NCBI GenBank assembly: GCA_937889595.1
Contig: CALAOR010000089.1
Coordinates: forward strand, 28,548 to 92,547
Source of the DNA: an uncultured bacterium
Lineage (GTDB): Bacteria > Oederibacteriota > PGYV01 > Palsa-1178
Length of the DNA stretch: 64,000 nucleotides
Direction: 5' to 3'
Below the pieces are notes generated by a model, which saw only the letters and a program-made list of their open reading frames with translations, searched no databases and was not told the origin of the DNA. Below, in pieces: positions 31,118 to 40,693 of this stretch (position 1 is its first letter; each line of letters starts with the position of its first letter). The position numbers were made by a program, and so were the translations under genes.

Positions 31118-32206
31118 ATGATAAATATCGATACGCTTCTCAGGGTAATGTTTGAAAAAGGTGCTTCAGACCTTCATCTAACCGTGGGATTGCCGCCTAT
31201 GCTGCGTATAGACGGGGACATGGTACAGACTGAATTTGAGAAAATGAGGCCCGATGACTGTCAGCACATAATATACAGCATATTGACCGACGAGCAAAAG
31301 GAAAAATTTGAAAGGGAAAACGAGCTTGATATTTCTTTCGGTGTTGAGGGTATAGGCCGCGTCAGGATGAATGTATTCAAGCAAAGAGGCGCGGTTGCGG
31401 CCGCGCTGCGCAACATACCCATGCATATTTTAACTTTTGACGAACTCGGGATGCCGCAGGTCATAAATGACATCGTAAAAACCCCCAAAGGCCTGATACT
31501 TGTCACAGGCCCGACAGGCTCCGGGAAATCCACTACGCTCGCTTCCATGGTTGACTGGATCAATTCCCACGAAGCGGGGCACATCATGACGATAGAGGAC
31601 CCTATAGAATATATCCATACCCATAAAAACTGCATAGTTAACCAGCGGGAAGTCGGCACAGATACGGCCAGTTTCGCTACAGCATTAAAATATGTATTAA
31701 GGCAGGACCCGGATGTCATATTAGTCGGCGAAATGAGGGATTTGGAAACCATACAGGCCGCGCTGACCATAGCTGAAACGGGGCACCTTGTTTTCGGAAC
31801 GCTTCACACGCCTGACGCGGTACAGGCAATTAACCGTATCATTGACGTTTTTCCGGCGCACCAGCAGCAGCAGGTGAGGGCGCAGATCTCATTTACATTG
31901 CAGGCTGTAATATCACAGCAGTTGCTTCCAAAGGCCTATTCCACGGGCAGGGCAATGGCCGTGGAAGTATTGATATCAACCGCGGCTATTAAAAACCTGA
32001 TAAGGGAAGAAAAAGTTCACCAAATATACTCCATAATGCAGACAGGAACGGAATACGGGATGAAAACCATGAACCAGTCTCTGGCCGAACTTTACCAGAA
32101 ACAGCTTGTAACTTATAATGAAATATTTGCAAGGACATCGGACTCAAAGGACCTGCAAAGAATCATATCGACCGGCGGGAACGCCGGCAGCAGCGGGAAT
32201 TTTTAA
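31118..32206 (+). CDS. pilT: Type IV pilus retraction ATPase PilT
   Basis: Walker A GPTGSGKSTT is present, along with the PilT-specific AIKNLIREEK motif. Length is 362 aa. Confidence 0.8.
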   Translation: MINIDTLLRVMFEKGASDLHLTVGLPPMLRIDGDMVQTEFEKMRPDDCQHIIYSILTDEQKEKFERENELDISFGVEGIGRVRMNVFKQRGAVAAALRNIPMHILTFDELGMPQVINDIVKTPKGLILVTGPTGSGKSTTLASMVDWINSHEAGHIMTIEDPIEYIHTHKNCIVNQREVGTDTASFATALKYVLRQDPDVILVGEMRDLETIQAALTIAETGHLVFGTLHTPDAVQAINRIIDVFPAHQQQQVRAQISFTLQAVISQQLLPKAYSTGRAMAVEVLISTAAIKNLIREEKVHQIYSIMQTGTEYGMKTMNQSLAELYQKQLVTYNEIFARTSDSKDLQRIISTGGNAGSSGNF

Positions 32207-32261
32207 GGCTAAAAAGCAGCCCCATGGTCTTAAGGGTTGAAATTTATGGCGGAGGATTTTA

Positions 32262-33464
32262 GTGCCTACATTTTCTTACAAGGCAAAAACACCTGACGGC
32301 AAGGTCATTGACGGGCAGATAGAGGCGGACAGCGAAGAAACGCTTCAGCATAAAATGAAGCAGCAGAAACTTGTTGTCATATCGGTAACCAAGCAGGGCG
32401 GATGGGCCGCGATCTTTAATGCGGGTCCGCAGGTAAAAACATCCCTAATTTCAATATTATCCCGCCAGTTTTCCACCATGATCACCGCGGGACTCCCGGT
32501 TCTTCAGGCTTTAAGCATACTTGCCGATCAACAGGAAGATAAGATTTTTAAGAACGTTCTGATCAAGATAAGGGATGACATAGGCAGCGGGGCAAACCTG
32601 TCGGACGCCATGTCAAAGTACCCGACCGTATTTTCCACGCTTTACTGCAACATGATAAAAGCAGGCGAAATGTCAGGTTCTTTGGACCAGATTTTGGACA
32701 GACTGTCGACATTCCTTGAAAAAGCAGAAAACTTAAACGCAAAAATAAAAGGCGCGATGTCATATCCGATAACAATCCTTGTGATCGCGACAGTAATAAT
32801 AATCATACTGCTCGTAAAAGTTGTGCCGTCGTTTAAGGAGGTTTTTTCGAGTTTTGGGGGAAAGCTTCCGCCAATGACACAGGTTCTCCTGGATGTCAGC
32901 GCGTTTGAACAAAAATACGCTATTTTTGAGATCATTGGCATGGGTTTGATAGGGTTTGCTTTTAACGTGGCAAAAAAAACGGAAAAAGGCGGGTATATAA
33001 TTGACAAATATATGCTTAAATTGCCGGTATTCGGTCTTTTAATAAAAAAACAGACCGTGGCCAGGTTTTCGAGAACGCTTGGAACGCTTTTGAAGTCCGG
33101 CGTTGGGATCCTGGATGCCCTGGAAACAGTAGCCAGGTCTTCGGGAAATAAGGTTGTGGAAAAAGCTCTCCTTGACACAAGGGCCGCTGTCAGGGAAGGG
33201 CAGAACCTGACTGATCCTATGAAAGCCACGGGACTTTTCCCGACCATGGTAACCCAGATGGTGGCGGTCGGCGAAGAAACAGGGCAATTGGATGACATGC
33301 TTTTGAGGATGTCTGATTTTTACGACGCGGAAGTAGATACTGCGGTGGAGTCGCTTATGTCAATGATCGAGCCCATGATTATGTCGATTTTAGGCGTTGT
33401 AATAGGATATCTGGTTATAGCCATGTTCCTGCCAATGTTTTCCATGGGCGAAATGATCAAATAA
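32262..33464 (+). CDS. pilC: Type IV pilus platform protein PilC (GspF family)
   Basis: It uses a GTG start after ggagga. Two GspF repeats and three TM segments are present. Confidence 0.8.
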   Translation: MPTFSYKAKTPDGKVIDGQIEADSEETLQHKMKQQKLVVISVTKQGGWAAIFNAGPQVKTSLISILSRQFSTMITAGLPVLQALSILADQQEDKIFKNVLIKIRDDIGSGANLSDAMSKYPTVFSTLYCNMIKAGEMSGSLDQILDRLSTFLEKAENLNAKIKGAMSYPITILVIATVIIIILLVKVVPSFKEVFSSFGGKLPPMTQVLLDVSAFEQKYAIFEIIGMGLIGFAFNVAKKTEKGGYIIDKYMLKLPVFGLLIKKQTVARFSRTLGTLLKSGVGILDALETVARSSGNKVVEKALLDTRAAVREGQNLTDPMKATGLFPTMVTQMVAVGEETGQLDDMLLRMSDFYDAEVDTAVESLMSMIEPMIMSILGVVIGYLVIAMFLPMFSMGEMIK

Positions 33465-33574
33465 TGGCAAAATGAACAAATAAAAATAGTAACAAAAAAC
33501 TTGACAAAATGCAGGTTGACGGCTATAATAACTTTAAGAGGCTTAAAATTTTAAAAGAAAAAGGAGGTGAGAGT

Positions 33575-34027
33575 ATGAGAAAACAGAAAGGTTTTACATT
33601 GATCGAGCTCATGATCGTCGTTGCCATCATTGGTATCTTGGCAGCGGTAGCAATCCCGAAATTCGCTCAAATGCTTGAAAAAGCAAGAGAAGGCGCAACA
33701 AAAGGAAACGTGGGTGCCATCAAATCGGCAATATCGATTTATTATGGTGACAACCAGGGTATTTTTCCGACGTCATTAACAGATCTTATGTTCCAGAAAT
33801 ATTTGAGCGCAATGCCGGCGGTGAAAGTTACACATCCGTCCAATTTGGGAGGAAACACGCTTAGCGGTTCATCAATAGGCGTGATAGTTGATCAGGCATT
33901 GGCACCAGCGGCAATTGGTGCAGCCACAGACGGATGGAAGTACAATACAGTTGATGGAAATGTCTATGTAAATAATTCCCAGACAGATTCGTCCGGAACC
34001 AATTATTCAATGTACGGATACCAGTAA
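33575..34027 (+). CDS. pilA: Type IV pilin
   Basis: It has the class III signal KGFTLIELMIVVAIIGILAA. An RBS (aaggaggtg) is present. Confidence 0.85.
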   Translation: MRKQKGFTLIELMIVVAIIGILAAVAIPKFAQMLEKAREGATKGNVGAIKSAISIYYGDNQGIFPTSLTDLMFQKYLSAMPAVKVTHPSNLGGNTLSGSSIGVIVDQALAPAAIGAATDGWKYNTVDGNVYVNNSQTDSSGTNYSMYGYQ

Positions 34028-34040
34028 AACATCATTTCGA

Positions 34041-34084
34041 AAAGGCCGGAAATTTTCCAAAAGAAAATTCCGGCCTTTTTTTTT
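34041..34084 (+). terminator. Rho-independent terminator after the pilin gene
   Basis: The hairpin ggccggaattttcc...ggaaaattccggcc is followed by a T9 run. Confidence 0.7.
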
Positions 34085-34270
34085 GATGGTTGTTTGTTTT
34101 TCGGAGCTTGCGCGACGAAAAACAATTACAACCATCAATCCCCGGTCAAGTCCTCGCCTACTGGCGAGGACGAGCGGGATAATATAATAGTACGGGTGGG
34201 TTGTCTTGTTTTGCCTTGCCTTGCCTTGCTTGAGCGAGGAAAAACAAACAACCATCAATCCCCGCAAAAA
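34083..34270. repeat. Structured intergenic repeat element, copy 1: two hairpins plus a gggataatataatag tail
   Basis: The hairpins ttgatggttgtttgttttt...aaaaacaattacaaccatcaa and gtcctcgcctactggcgaggac are homologous to 55297..55405. The differences between copies are compensatory. Confidence 0.7.
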
Positions 34271-34317
34271 TCCGGAATAAGCGGTAAAAATGGGAAAGTC
34301 CACACAGGAGGCATGCC

Positions 34318-35046
34318 ATCACCGTTATAGCAACGGCTTTTTTTATTTTTATATATGGTCTTTGTATTGGAAGTTTCCTGAATGTATGCATTTACAGGAT
34401 ACCTGCCGGGAAATCAATAATTAACCCGCCATCATCATGTCCCAAATGCAAGAAGCCAATTAAAGCCTATGATAATATACCACTTTTAAGTTTTTTAATG
34501 CTTAAGGGCCGCTGCAGGAACTGTTCTGCGAAAATTTCGCTGAGATACCCGTTTATTGAATTCATCACGGGATTGCTGTTTGTTATCTTTTTTCTTAAGT
34601 TTGGACTTGAAAAAATCTATTTTTTTTATATAATAATGGTAGGATATATGGTAACACTGGCGTTCATTGATATTGACAAAAGAATAGTTCCGGACGGCAT
34701 TGTCCTGTGTTTAACCGTTACAGGGATGGTTTTTGGAATATTTGGCGTAAATCCAGGGGTCAGTATTTTTGAAGGTATTATCGGCGCTGTTGCCGGAGGA
34801 TTAATAATGCTTGTCCTGTATATTTTCTCCAACGGCAAGATAGGCGAAGGTGATATAAAACTGATTGCCGCAATGGGGCTTTGTACCGGGTTTAAGGAAA
34901 TAACAGGCATAATAACTTACGCTTTCATAATTGGCGGTGCTTACGCGTTTTTATTGCTCGCGCGGGGCAGACATAAGAAAACTGACGCTGTAGCTTTTGT
35001 GCCATTCATAGCGGCCGCGTTTATTTTAAGGGCATTGATACAATAA
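34318..35046 (+). CDS. pilD: Prepilin peptidase PilD (A24 family), with no canonical start codon for the conserved N-terminus
   Basis: The N-terminal Zn-finger domain (CPKC...CRNC) and the membrane domain are in frame from 34318. In-frame ATG 34498 would truncate the conserved N-terminus. ATG 34313 is out of frame (+1) and only 1 nt after aggagg. Confidence 0.65.
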   Translation: MTVIATAFFIFIYGLCIGSFLNVCIYRIPAGKSIINPPSSCPKCKKPIKAYDNIPLLSFLMLKGRCRNCSAKISLRYPFIEFITGLLFVIFFLKFGLEKIYFFYIIMVGYMVTLAFIDIDKRIVPDGIVLCLTVTGMVFGIFGVNPGVSIFEGIIGAVAGGLIMLVLYIFSNGKIGEGDIKLIAAMGLCTGFKEITGIITYAFIIGGAYAFLLLARGRHKKTDAVAFVPFIAAAFILRALIQ

Positions 35047-35087
35047 TATGCCGTAAAGCAGCGGTAAATAAAGTATCGGGAGAGTAA

Positions 35088-36212
35088 ATGGGACTTTTTG
35101 AAAATCAGTTAATCGGCCTGGATATAGGTTCTTCGACTATAAAAGCCGTCAAGCTGAAAAAGTTAAAAGAGGGTTTTGAACTGACCGGAGCGGAGATTAT
35201 AAACGTTTCTTCCGAATCGGCCGATGAAATGGATCCTGACGTAAAACACGCGCTGTTTGTCAATACCATCAAAAAGATCATCAAACAAAAAAACATAAGC
35301 GGCAAAAAAGTTGTCACGGCCATACCAAGCGATTCAGCCATCATACGCTACATTAAAGTCCCTTATATGACGGAAGAAGAATTAAAAAACATGATTCCCT
35401 ATGACGCGGAGCAGTACATACCGCTCGGCATGGACCAGGTTGTTTTTGACTACAAGGTTTTAAATGAGATTGAGGAAGAAAACCAGAAAAAACTGGAAGT
35501 CCTGCTTGTGGCGGTAAAAAATGAAACCATGGGACAGCACCTTACTCTTCTCAAAGATGCGGGCGTGGAACCGGTCGTAATAGACGTGGATTCTTTTTCG
35601 CTGTGCAACGCGTACTCGCTCAATGTAAATGACGATTCCGAAACGGGTGTTAAAGCCGACACCGTGGCCCTGATAAACATGGGGGCGAAATTTACAACGA
35701 TCACGATCTGCGAAAAAGACATACCCCACTTAACGCGCGATGTTAATATCGGCGGGAATAATTTTACAAAGGAAATACAGAGGGAGTTTAACCTGAGTTT
35801 TTCCCAGGCTGAGGAAATGAAAAAACAACACGCGGCTATAGTAGTGGAAAGCGAAGCGCTTCTTTTGAATTCCATGCCTTCTTCCGATGATGATAAATCT
35901 TCCCGGATATTTGAAGCCATCACGCCGGCTTTAAACAAATTATTAAACGACGTCAGGCGTTCTTTTGACTATTATGAGTCCACTGTTAAGCGTAAACCCG
36001 TGCAGAAGATACTCCTGTCGGGCGGCACTTCCAAAATAAAGAATATAGATAGGTTCCTGTCGGAGCGCTTGGGAATGCCGGTTGAGATAAACTATCCTTT
36101 TAAGAACATAAACATAAATTCAAAAAACTTTGATTTTGATTATCTGCGCGCGAACGCCGTGCATTTTAACGTGGCTTTAGGGCTTGCCCTCAGGAAGGCG
36201 GGGGGCAAATGA
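35088..36212 (+). CDS. pilM: Type IV pilus assembly protein PilM
   Basis: N-terminus reads GLDIGSSTIKAVKL; actin-like ATPase fold; length 374 aa. Confidence 0.8.
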   Translation: MGLFENQLIGLDIGSSTIKAVKLKKLKEGFELTGAEIINVSSESADEMDPDVKHALFVNTIKKIIKQKNISGKKVVTAIPSDSAIIRYIKVPYMTEEELKNMIPYDAEQYIPLGMDQVVFDYKVLNEIEEENQKKLEVLLVAVKNETMGQHLTLLKDAGVEPVVIDVDSFSLCNAYSLNVNDDSETGVKADTVALINMGAKFTTITICEKDIPHLTRDVNIGGNNFTKEIQREFNLSFSQAEEMKKQHAAIVVESEALLLNSMPSSDDDKSSRIFEAITPALNKLLNDVRRSFDYYESTVKRKPVQKILLSGGTSKIKNIDRFLSERLGMPVEINYPFKNININSKNFDFDYLRANAVHFNVALGLALRKAGGK

Positions 36213-36775
36213 TAGAGATTAACCTGATACCGCAGAAATTAAAAAAACAAAAGCAGATGCAGCTTGTCATAATGGCGGGTTTCGGCATAGGGTTGCTGGT
36301 TTTGGCGGCCCTTATGGGCGTCTATGTCCTTCAGGTCCAAAAGAACGCGGAGATCGACAGGCAGATAAAAATAATCGACGCCGAATCCAGGTCGCTTTCG
36401 GATAAGATAGAAGAAGTAAAAAAGTTCAATGCCATGGAAGATACCTACGCCAAAAAGAAAAAAGTAGCGGACAGCCTGCTTTATGACCAGGCGTTGTGGC
36501 CGAAGATCCTTGACTCCATAGGCGAGATGCTGCTGCCTGATATGTGGCTCACCAAAATAGAACAGACAAAAGACAAGGACGATGGGGTAGTAATCAACGT
36601 GTCGGGAAACACCCTTTCGAAAGTTATTGTGGCTGATTTTATAAAAAGGCTGGAAGAATCAAAAGGCTTGATGGACATAAAGACCGCAAAAATATCCGAC
36701 GTTATCGACGATGCCAGAAAGATGAAAGTTACCGCTTTTGAAATAAGTTTTCTTTACAAAAAAGACAAACCTTAA
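36209..36775 (+). CDS. pilN: Type IV pilus assembly protein PilN
   Basis: It starts MIEINLIPQKLKK, has a single TM helix and then a coiled coil. Confidence 0.7.
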   Translation: MIEINLIPQKLKKQKQMQLVIMAGFGIGLLVLAALMGVYVLQVQKNAEIDRQIKIIDAESRSLSDKIEEVKKFNAMEDTYAKKKKVADSLLYDQALWPKILDSIGEMLLPDMWLTKIEQTKDKDDGVVINVSGNTLSKVIVADFIKRLEESKGLMDIKTAKISDVIDDARKMKVTAFEISFLYKKDKP

Positions 36776-36796
36776 GTCTAAGGAGACTGAAAAGCA

Positions 36797-37423
36797 ATGG
36801 CAGAACCGCAGAGAAAACCAGGCCCAGGAACGGCAAAGCAGGGAGCCGGGCCCGGAATAAAGCTGACGACAAAGCAGCAGCAAAATCTGATAGCAGCCGG
36901 CTTGATTACAATTGCGTTCGGGTTCGCGTATGTGAAATTTCTTTTTTTGCCGGCCATGCAGCAGTTCAAGGAAAAGACAACTGTTCTTGAACAAAAAAAC
37001 AAGGAACTTCAGGATGCCAGGAACATGGTCGCCAAATATCCGGAATTCTTAAAGCGGGCATCTGAGATCAGCAGCAGGACGGAATTCATAAACAGGAGGC
37101 TTCCGCAGGACTCCAATGTCTCGGAAACGATAAGGGAGATAACAAAGCGCGCCACCGAGTCAAACATCAACATTATAAATTTTGAACCTGGAAAAGAGAC
37201 GGTGAAAGGCGAATACAAAGAAATGGAAATAAAGGTCACATTTCGAGCGACTTTTGTCGACCTTGGTGATTTTCTGACAAAACTGGGATATATAGAAAGG
37301 CTGACAACTTCATCACAACTGTCTATCAAGGGCATGACTGCCACGGAGCTCAAAAGCCCGACAAAAACAGGGCGGGAGAACTTAAACATTGACATGATAA
37401 TCAAAATATATTCATTCATATAG
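36797..37423 (+). CDS. pilO: Type IV pilus assembly protein PilO
   Basis: It is a single-TM, coiled-coil protein in the expected operon position. Confidence 0.6.
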   Translation: MAEPQRKPGPGTAKQGAGPGIKLTTKQQQNLIAAGLITIAFGFAYVKFLFLPAMQQFKEKTTVLEQKNKELQDARNMVAKYPEFLKRASEISSRTEFINRRLPQDSNVSETIREITKRATESNINIINFEPGKETVKGEYKEMEIKVTFRATFVDLGDFLTKLGYIERLTTSSQLSIKGMTATELKSPTKTGRENLNIDMIIKIYSFI

Positions 37424-37444
37424 ATTTTTACCGGGAGATGTTTT

Positions 37445-37948
37445 ATGTTGAAACAGGAAAACAAAAGGTATATAATGGTAATGATAAGCGCTTTATTATT
37501 AAGCGTTTTTCTTGGTTTTGCCGTTATAAAAGCTGAGGGAAACGCGGATGATTTTACTGTAAAACCCATTTATATTTTTCAGAATAAGGCAGGAAGGGAT
37601 CCTTTTACCCCCAGATTCGAAAAAGAAAATTCTTTTTCCATATCAGCCGTGGACATAACCACGCTGTCCATACAGGGTGTGTCGGAAAGTAACGGCATAA
37701 AAACCGCGCTTTTCAGGACAAAAAGCGGAATTGCTTTCGGGTATATTTTTACTGAAGGAAAGTTATACGGTGATAATGACATGGAAATAACCGACGTGAA
37801 CGGCGAATTTAAGAGCGATTTTGAGGTTATGCTGCGCCAGGGCGACAGGGAAGTGCTTTTTAGGCTGCCTTCAGAAGCGTCTGACGGGCCGAACATAAGG
37901 CCGGAACAATCGGCCAATACCACAAATAATAACGCGGCTGCAAAATAG
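37445..37948 (+). CDS. pilP: Type IV pilus assembly protein PilP-like
   Basis: It has a signal/TM segment and the RDPFTP motif, in the expected position. Confidence 0.55.
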   Translation: MLKQENKRYIMVMISALLLSVFLGFAVIKAEGNADDFTVKPIYIFQNKAGRDPFTPRFEKENSFSISAVDITTLSIQGVSESNGIKTALFRTKSGIAFGYIFTEGKLYGDNDMEITDVNGEFKSDFEVMLRQGDREVLFRLPSEASDGPNIRPEQSANTTNNNAAAK

Positions 37949-38037
37949 GATAAACATTCATATTTGGGCGGGGACATAACCCGCGAAAGAAAAGCAGGAT
38001 GCCCGGGATATACCGGGGGACCTGAAATTCAGGAGGC

Positions 38038-40461
38038 ATGATGAAGCTCAATGGCAAAGTGTTAATACTTGCAGTGATGGTATTAGCCGCTTTTATTTTT
38101 ATACCTTTTTCATACGGTGAAGAAGAGGATTTTATCAGCGTCTCTCCCGTGGAAAAACAGGATAATTCCCGGGCGCTTGAATCCGGAAGCGTGCAGAAAA
38201 TCACGCCTGCGGCTGCGGCAATGCAGGTTGAAGCCGTAAAGCCGGCTGAAAAACCCGCTGAAAAACCGGCGGCAACCGCGTCAAAGGGCAACAAAATTGA
38301 AAATATTCTGCCGCTTGACCTTAAAGATAAAATGGAAATAAGGATCATGACATCCTCGCCTGTCAAATACAAGACGACCGAGCTTGCTTCACCTCCCAAC
38401 CCCAGGATACTTATACAGCTGATCAATTGCGGCGTAAAAAGCGATACCAAATCTGTTGATAAGTCAAATGTGGGAAAGATCAGGACTGCGCCGCACTCAT
38501 CCACGGCATGGGTCGTAATTGATCTAAAGGACAGGCAAAAGTGGGACGTAACCCAGAACGGAAGCACATTGTCGGTGAATATTCCCAAGGGCGCAGCGGC
38601 TTCAAGCCGGCCGGCGGCGGAAAGGGAAGCGGCGGCACCGGCTGCAAGACCCGGCTCCATGATGTACAGGGTCATTGACGTGGCCGGGAAAAATATTTTG
38701 AAAAAAACGCGTGTAATAATAACCACAGACGGCCCGGTTAAGTACAGGGTTAAAAAAGACACTGACGGAAAATTCCTCAGCATAAACATACAGGACGCCG
38801 TATCCATATGGCATAAAGATTCGGTGGAAGTTTCCCAGGGAACCGTGACAAAAATAGCTGTAAGTGAAAAAACCGATACAAAAGAAGTTGAAGTGCGCAT
38901 AAATATGAGCGAGAACGCGCCTTATACGGTCACGCGCGACCAGAATCAGATAATTGTCGACGTGGATAACGTCGCTGGCGGAAATAAAAAAGTAAAGAAA
39001 AATCTTGACCTGTATCAGCGCATATCGCTTAACATACAGGACGCTTCTCTGACAAGCGTGCTCAGGCTCCTGTCCACACAGACAGGCTTTGAGTTCTCCG
39101 TTAGTCCCGGAGCTTCTATAGCGACGCTTGTCACCATCAGGGAGGATGACCAGACCCTTGATAAAGTACTAAAAGACATACTGATACCGCAGGGGATTTA
39201 TTATGAATTAAGTGACGGCATAATCAGGATAGGGACCACGATGGAATTAAAGTTGGCAAAATCATTAAGGCCCAAAATAACAAAGTTCTACACGCCACGG
39301 AACACGGACCCGGCGTCATTATTGGCCATGGTAACCACATTGCTGACAAAAGAACCACTTATGGACGTTGCCACACAAGTTGACCCTTCCTCGGGCTCAA
39401 ACAGGCTAATGCTTGTCGGGACACATGAGGATATTAATAAAGCCATGGATATGATAGCTGACATAGACGCCGGCGGGGAATCCAATAATGATTCTGAAGG
39501 CGGAAGCATGTACAAGACTAAAGTCTTTAAGCTTGAAAATGTCAGGCTCCAGATAGAACCCGGAAACATATATGAGGAGCCATTCATAACTGACCTGAAA
39601 TTAACCCTTCAGAATATGATGACATCGCCGACGCTGAGCAAATTTAGTATTGACAGAAGGACATCCAGCATAATAGTGACTGAAACAGTCCCCAACCTGA
39701 AGAAAATTGAAAAAATGATAAAGGCGCTTGACGAAAGGGTCCCGCAGGTGGCAATAGAAGCCAAATTATATGAAGTTGATGTGACGGCCGAGAAAGATCT
39801 GGGTGTCTCATGGAACGTGAAGGATAATAATAACCAGCCATACATAAACGGGGACTCGACACTCGGAGGCGGCGCGTTTCTGGGCTCTGGACTGACAGGC
39901 GGGACGCTTAACATCGGAACGCTCCTGAACGGCTTCAAGTTTGACGCGTCGATCAGGGCATTGGAGAGCAGAAATAAAGCCACGCTTTTATCCGCCCCAA
40001 AAGTTGCCGTTGAAAATAACCAGCCTGCCACTATAACCACGAACAAGACCGTATACTATGAAGTGCAGACAGTAGTCACGTCAAACGCGGGTCCGCCTAC
40101 GATAACGTCAGCTTTTTCAAGCATAGTCCTGCCCATACAGCTTAAGGTGTGGTGTAAAACATCAAAGGACGGATTTATCAACATGCGTGTTGATGTCCAG
40201 GTATCAAAGATAGTGCCGACGAACAGGATCGCAGGCCCGCCTGACACATCCATACAGGAAGCGTCCACATATATCAAGGCAAAAAACAACGAGACAGTTG
40301 TTATAGCGGGCCTCATCAATGAAAATATAGCGGATATAGAGGAAAAAGTTCCTCTCCTGGGGGACCTGCCTTTGATAGGCGGGTTATTCAGGGGAACAAA
40401 GAAAACAACGGAAAAAGTCGAACTTGTTGTTTTCCTGACGCCTTCAATAGTTGAAGAATAG
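38038..40461 (+). CDS. pilQ: Type IV pilus secretin PilQ
   Basis: The C-terminal secretin domain contains VPLLGDLPLIGGLFR. N-terminal AMIN/N-domains are present. Length is 807 aa. Confidence 0.85.
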   Translation: MMKLNGKVLILAVMVLAAFIFIPFSYGEEEDFISVSPVEKQDNSRALESGSVQKITPAAAAMQVEAVKPAEKPAEKPAATASKGNKIENILPLDLKDKMEIRIMTSSPVKYKTTELASPPNPRILIQLINCGVKSDTKSVDKSNVGKIRTAPHSSTAWVVIDLKDRQKWDVTQNGSTLSVNIPKGAAASSRPAAEREAAAPAARPGSMMYRVIDVAGKNILKKTRVIITTDGPVKYRVKKDTDGKFLSINIQDAVSIWHKDSVEVSQGTVTKIAVSEKTDTKEVEVRINMSENAPYTVTRDQNQIIVDVDNVAGGNKKVKKNLDLYQRISLNIQDASLTSVLRLLSTQTGFEFSVSPGASIATLVTIREDDQTLDKVLKDILIPQGIYYELSDGIIRIGTTMELKLAKSLRPKITKFYTPRNTDPASLLAMVTTLLTKEPLMDVATQVDPSSGSNRLMLVGTHEDINKAMDMIADIDAGGESNNDSEGGSMYKTKVFKLENVRLQIEPGNIYEEPFITDLKLTLQNMMTSPTLSKFSIDRRTSSIIVTETVPNLKKIEKMIKALDERVPQVAIEAKLYEVDVTAEKDLGVSWNVKDNNNQPYINGDSTLGGGAFLGSGLTGGTLNIGTLLNGFKFDASIRALESRNKATLLSAPKVAVENNQPATITTNKTVYYEVQTVVTSNAGPPTITSAFSSIVLPIQLKVWCKTSKDGFINMRVDVQVSKIVPTNRIAGPPDTSIQEASTYIKAKNNETVVIAGLINENIADIEEKVPLLGDLPLIGGLFRGTKKTTEKVELVVFLTPSIVEE

Positions 40462-40480
40462 GGAATAAATCCCCAACATA

Positions 40481-40516
40481 AAAAACGCCGCGGCTTCAAA
40501 CCGCGGCGTTTTTTAT
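40481..40516 (+). terminator. Rho-independent terminator after pilQ
   Basis: The hairpin aacgccgcgg...ccgcggcgtt is followed by a T-run. Confidence 0.7.
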
Positions 40517-40693
40517 GCCGGTTGTTTGCTTTGCGGCACGCCCTGCACCACTCGCTTTGCTCGGGTACGGGGCACGCGGCGAAAAGTAATTACATCCGAC
40601 AGGACCCGTTAAAGTCCAGGCGCTGAAGCGGCCGGACTTTAGAGGGATAAATACCAATGCCGCGTTTCTTTGGCGCAGGAAAAAGAGGAAAAA

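Noticed and set aside
31118-32206. Considered calling this ATPase PilB (assembly ATPase), because it precedes pilC
   Set aside because: Length (362 aa) and the AIKNLIREEK motif match PilT-type retraction ATPases. PilB would be ~550 aa with an N-terminal GSPII domain. No pilB is present in the window.
34007-34391. Minus- and plus-strand ORFs (34007..34303, 34094..34330, 34158..34391) with shared YYIIPLV..ASRRGLDRGLM peptides, also at 55121..55444
   Set aside because: They are translations of the two-copy structured repeat element. Sequence conservation there is at the nucleotide/structure level (compensatory changes), not protein-coding.
37860-38900. 346-aa ORF on the minus strand, antisense to pilQ
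   Set aside because: The + strand encodes an unmistakable secretin. The minus-strand ORF is low-complexity (Ala/Ser/Phe-rich) with no start context, so it is an overlap artefact.
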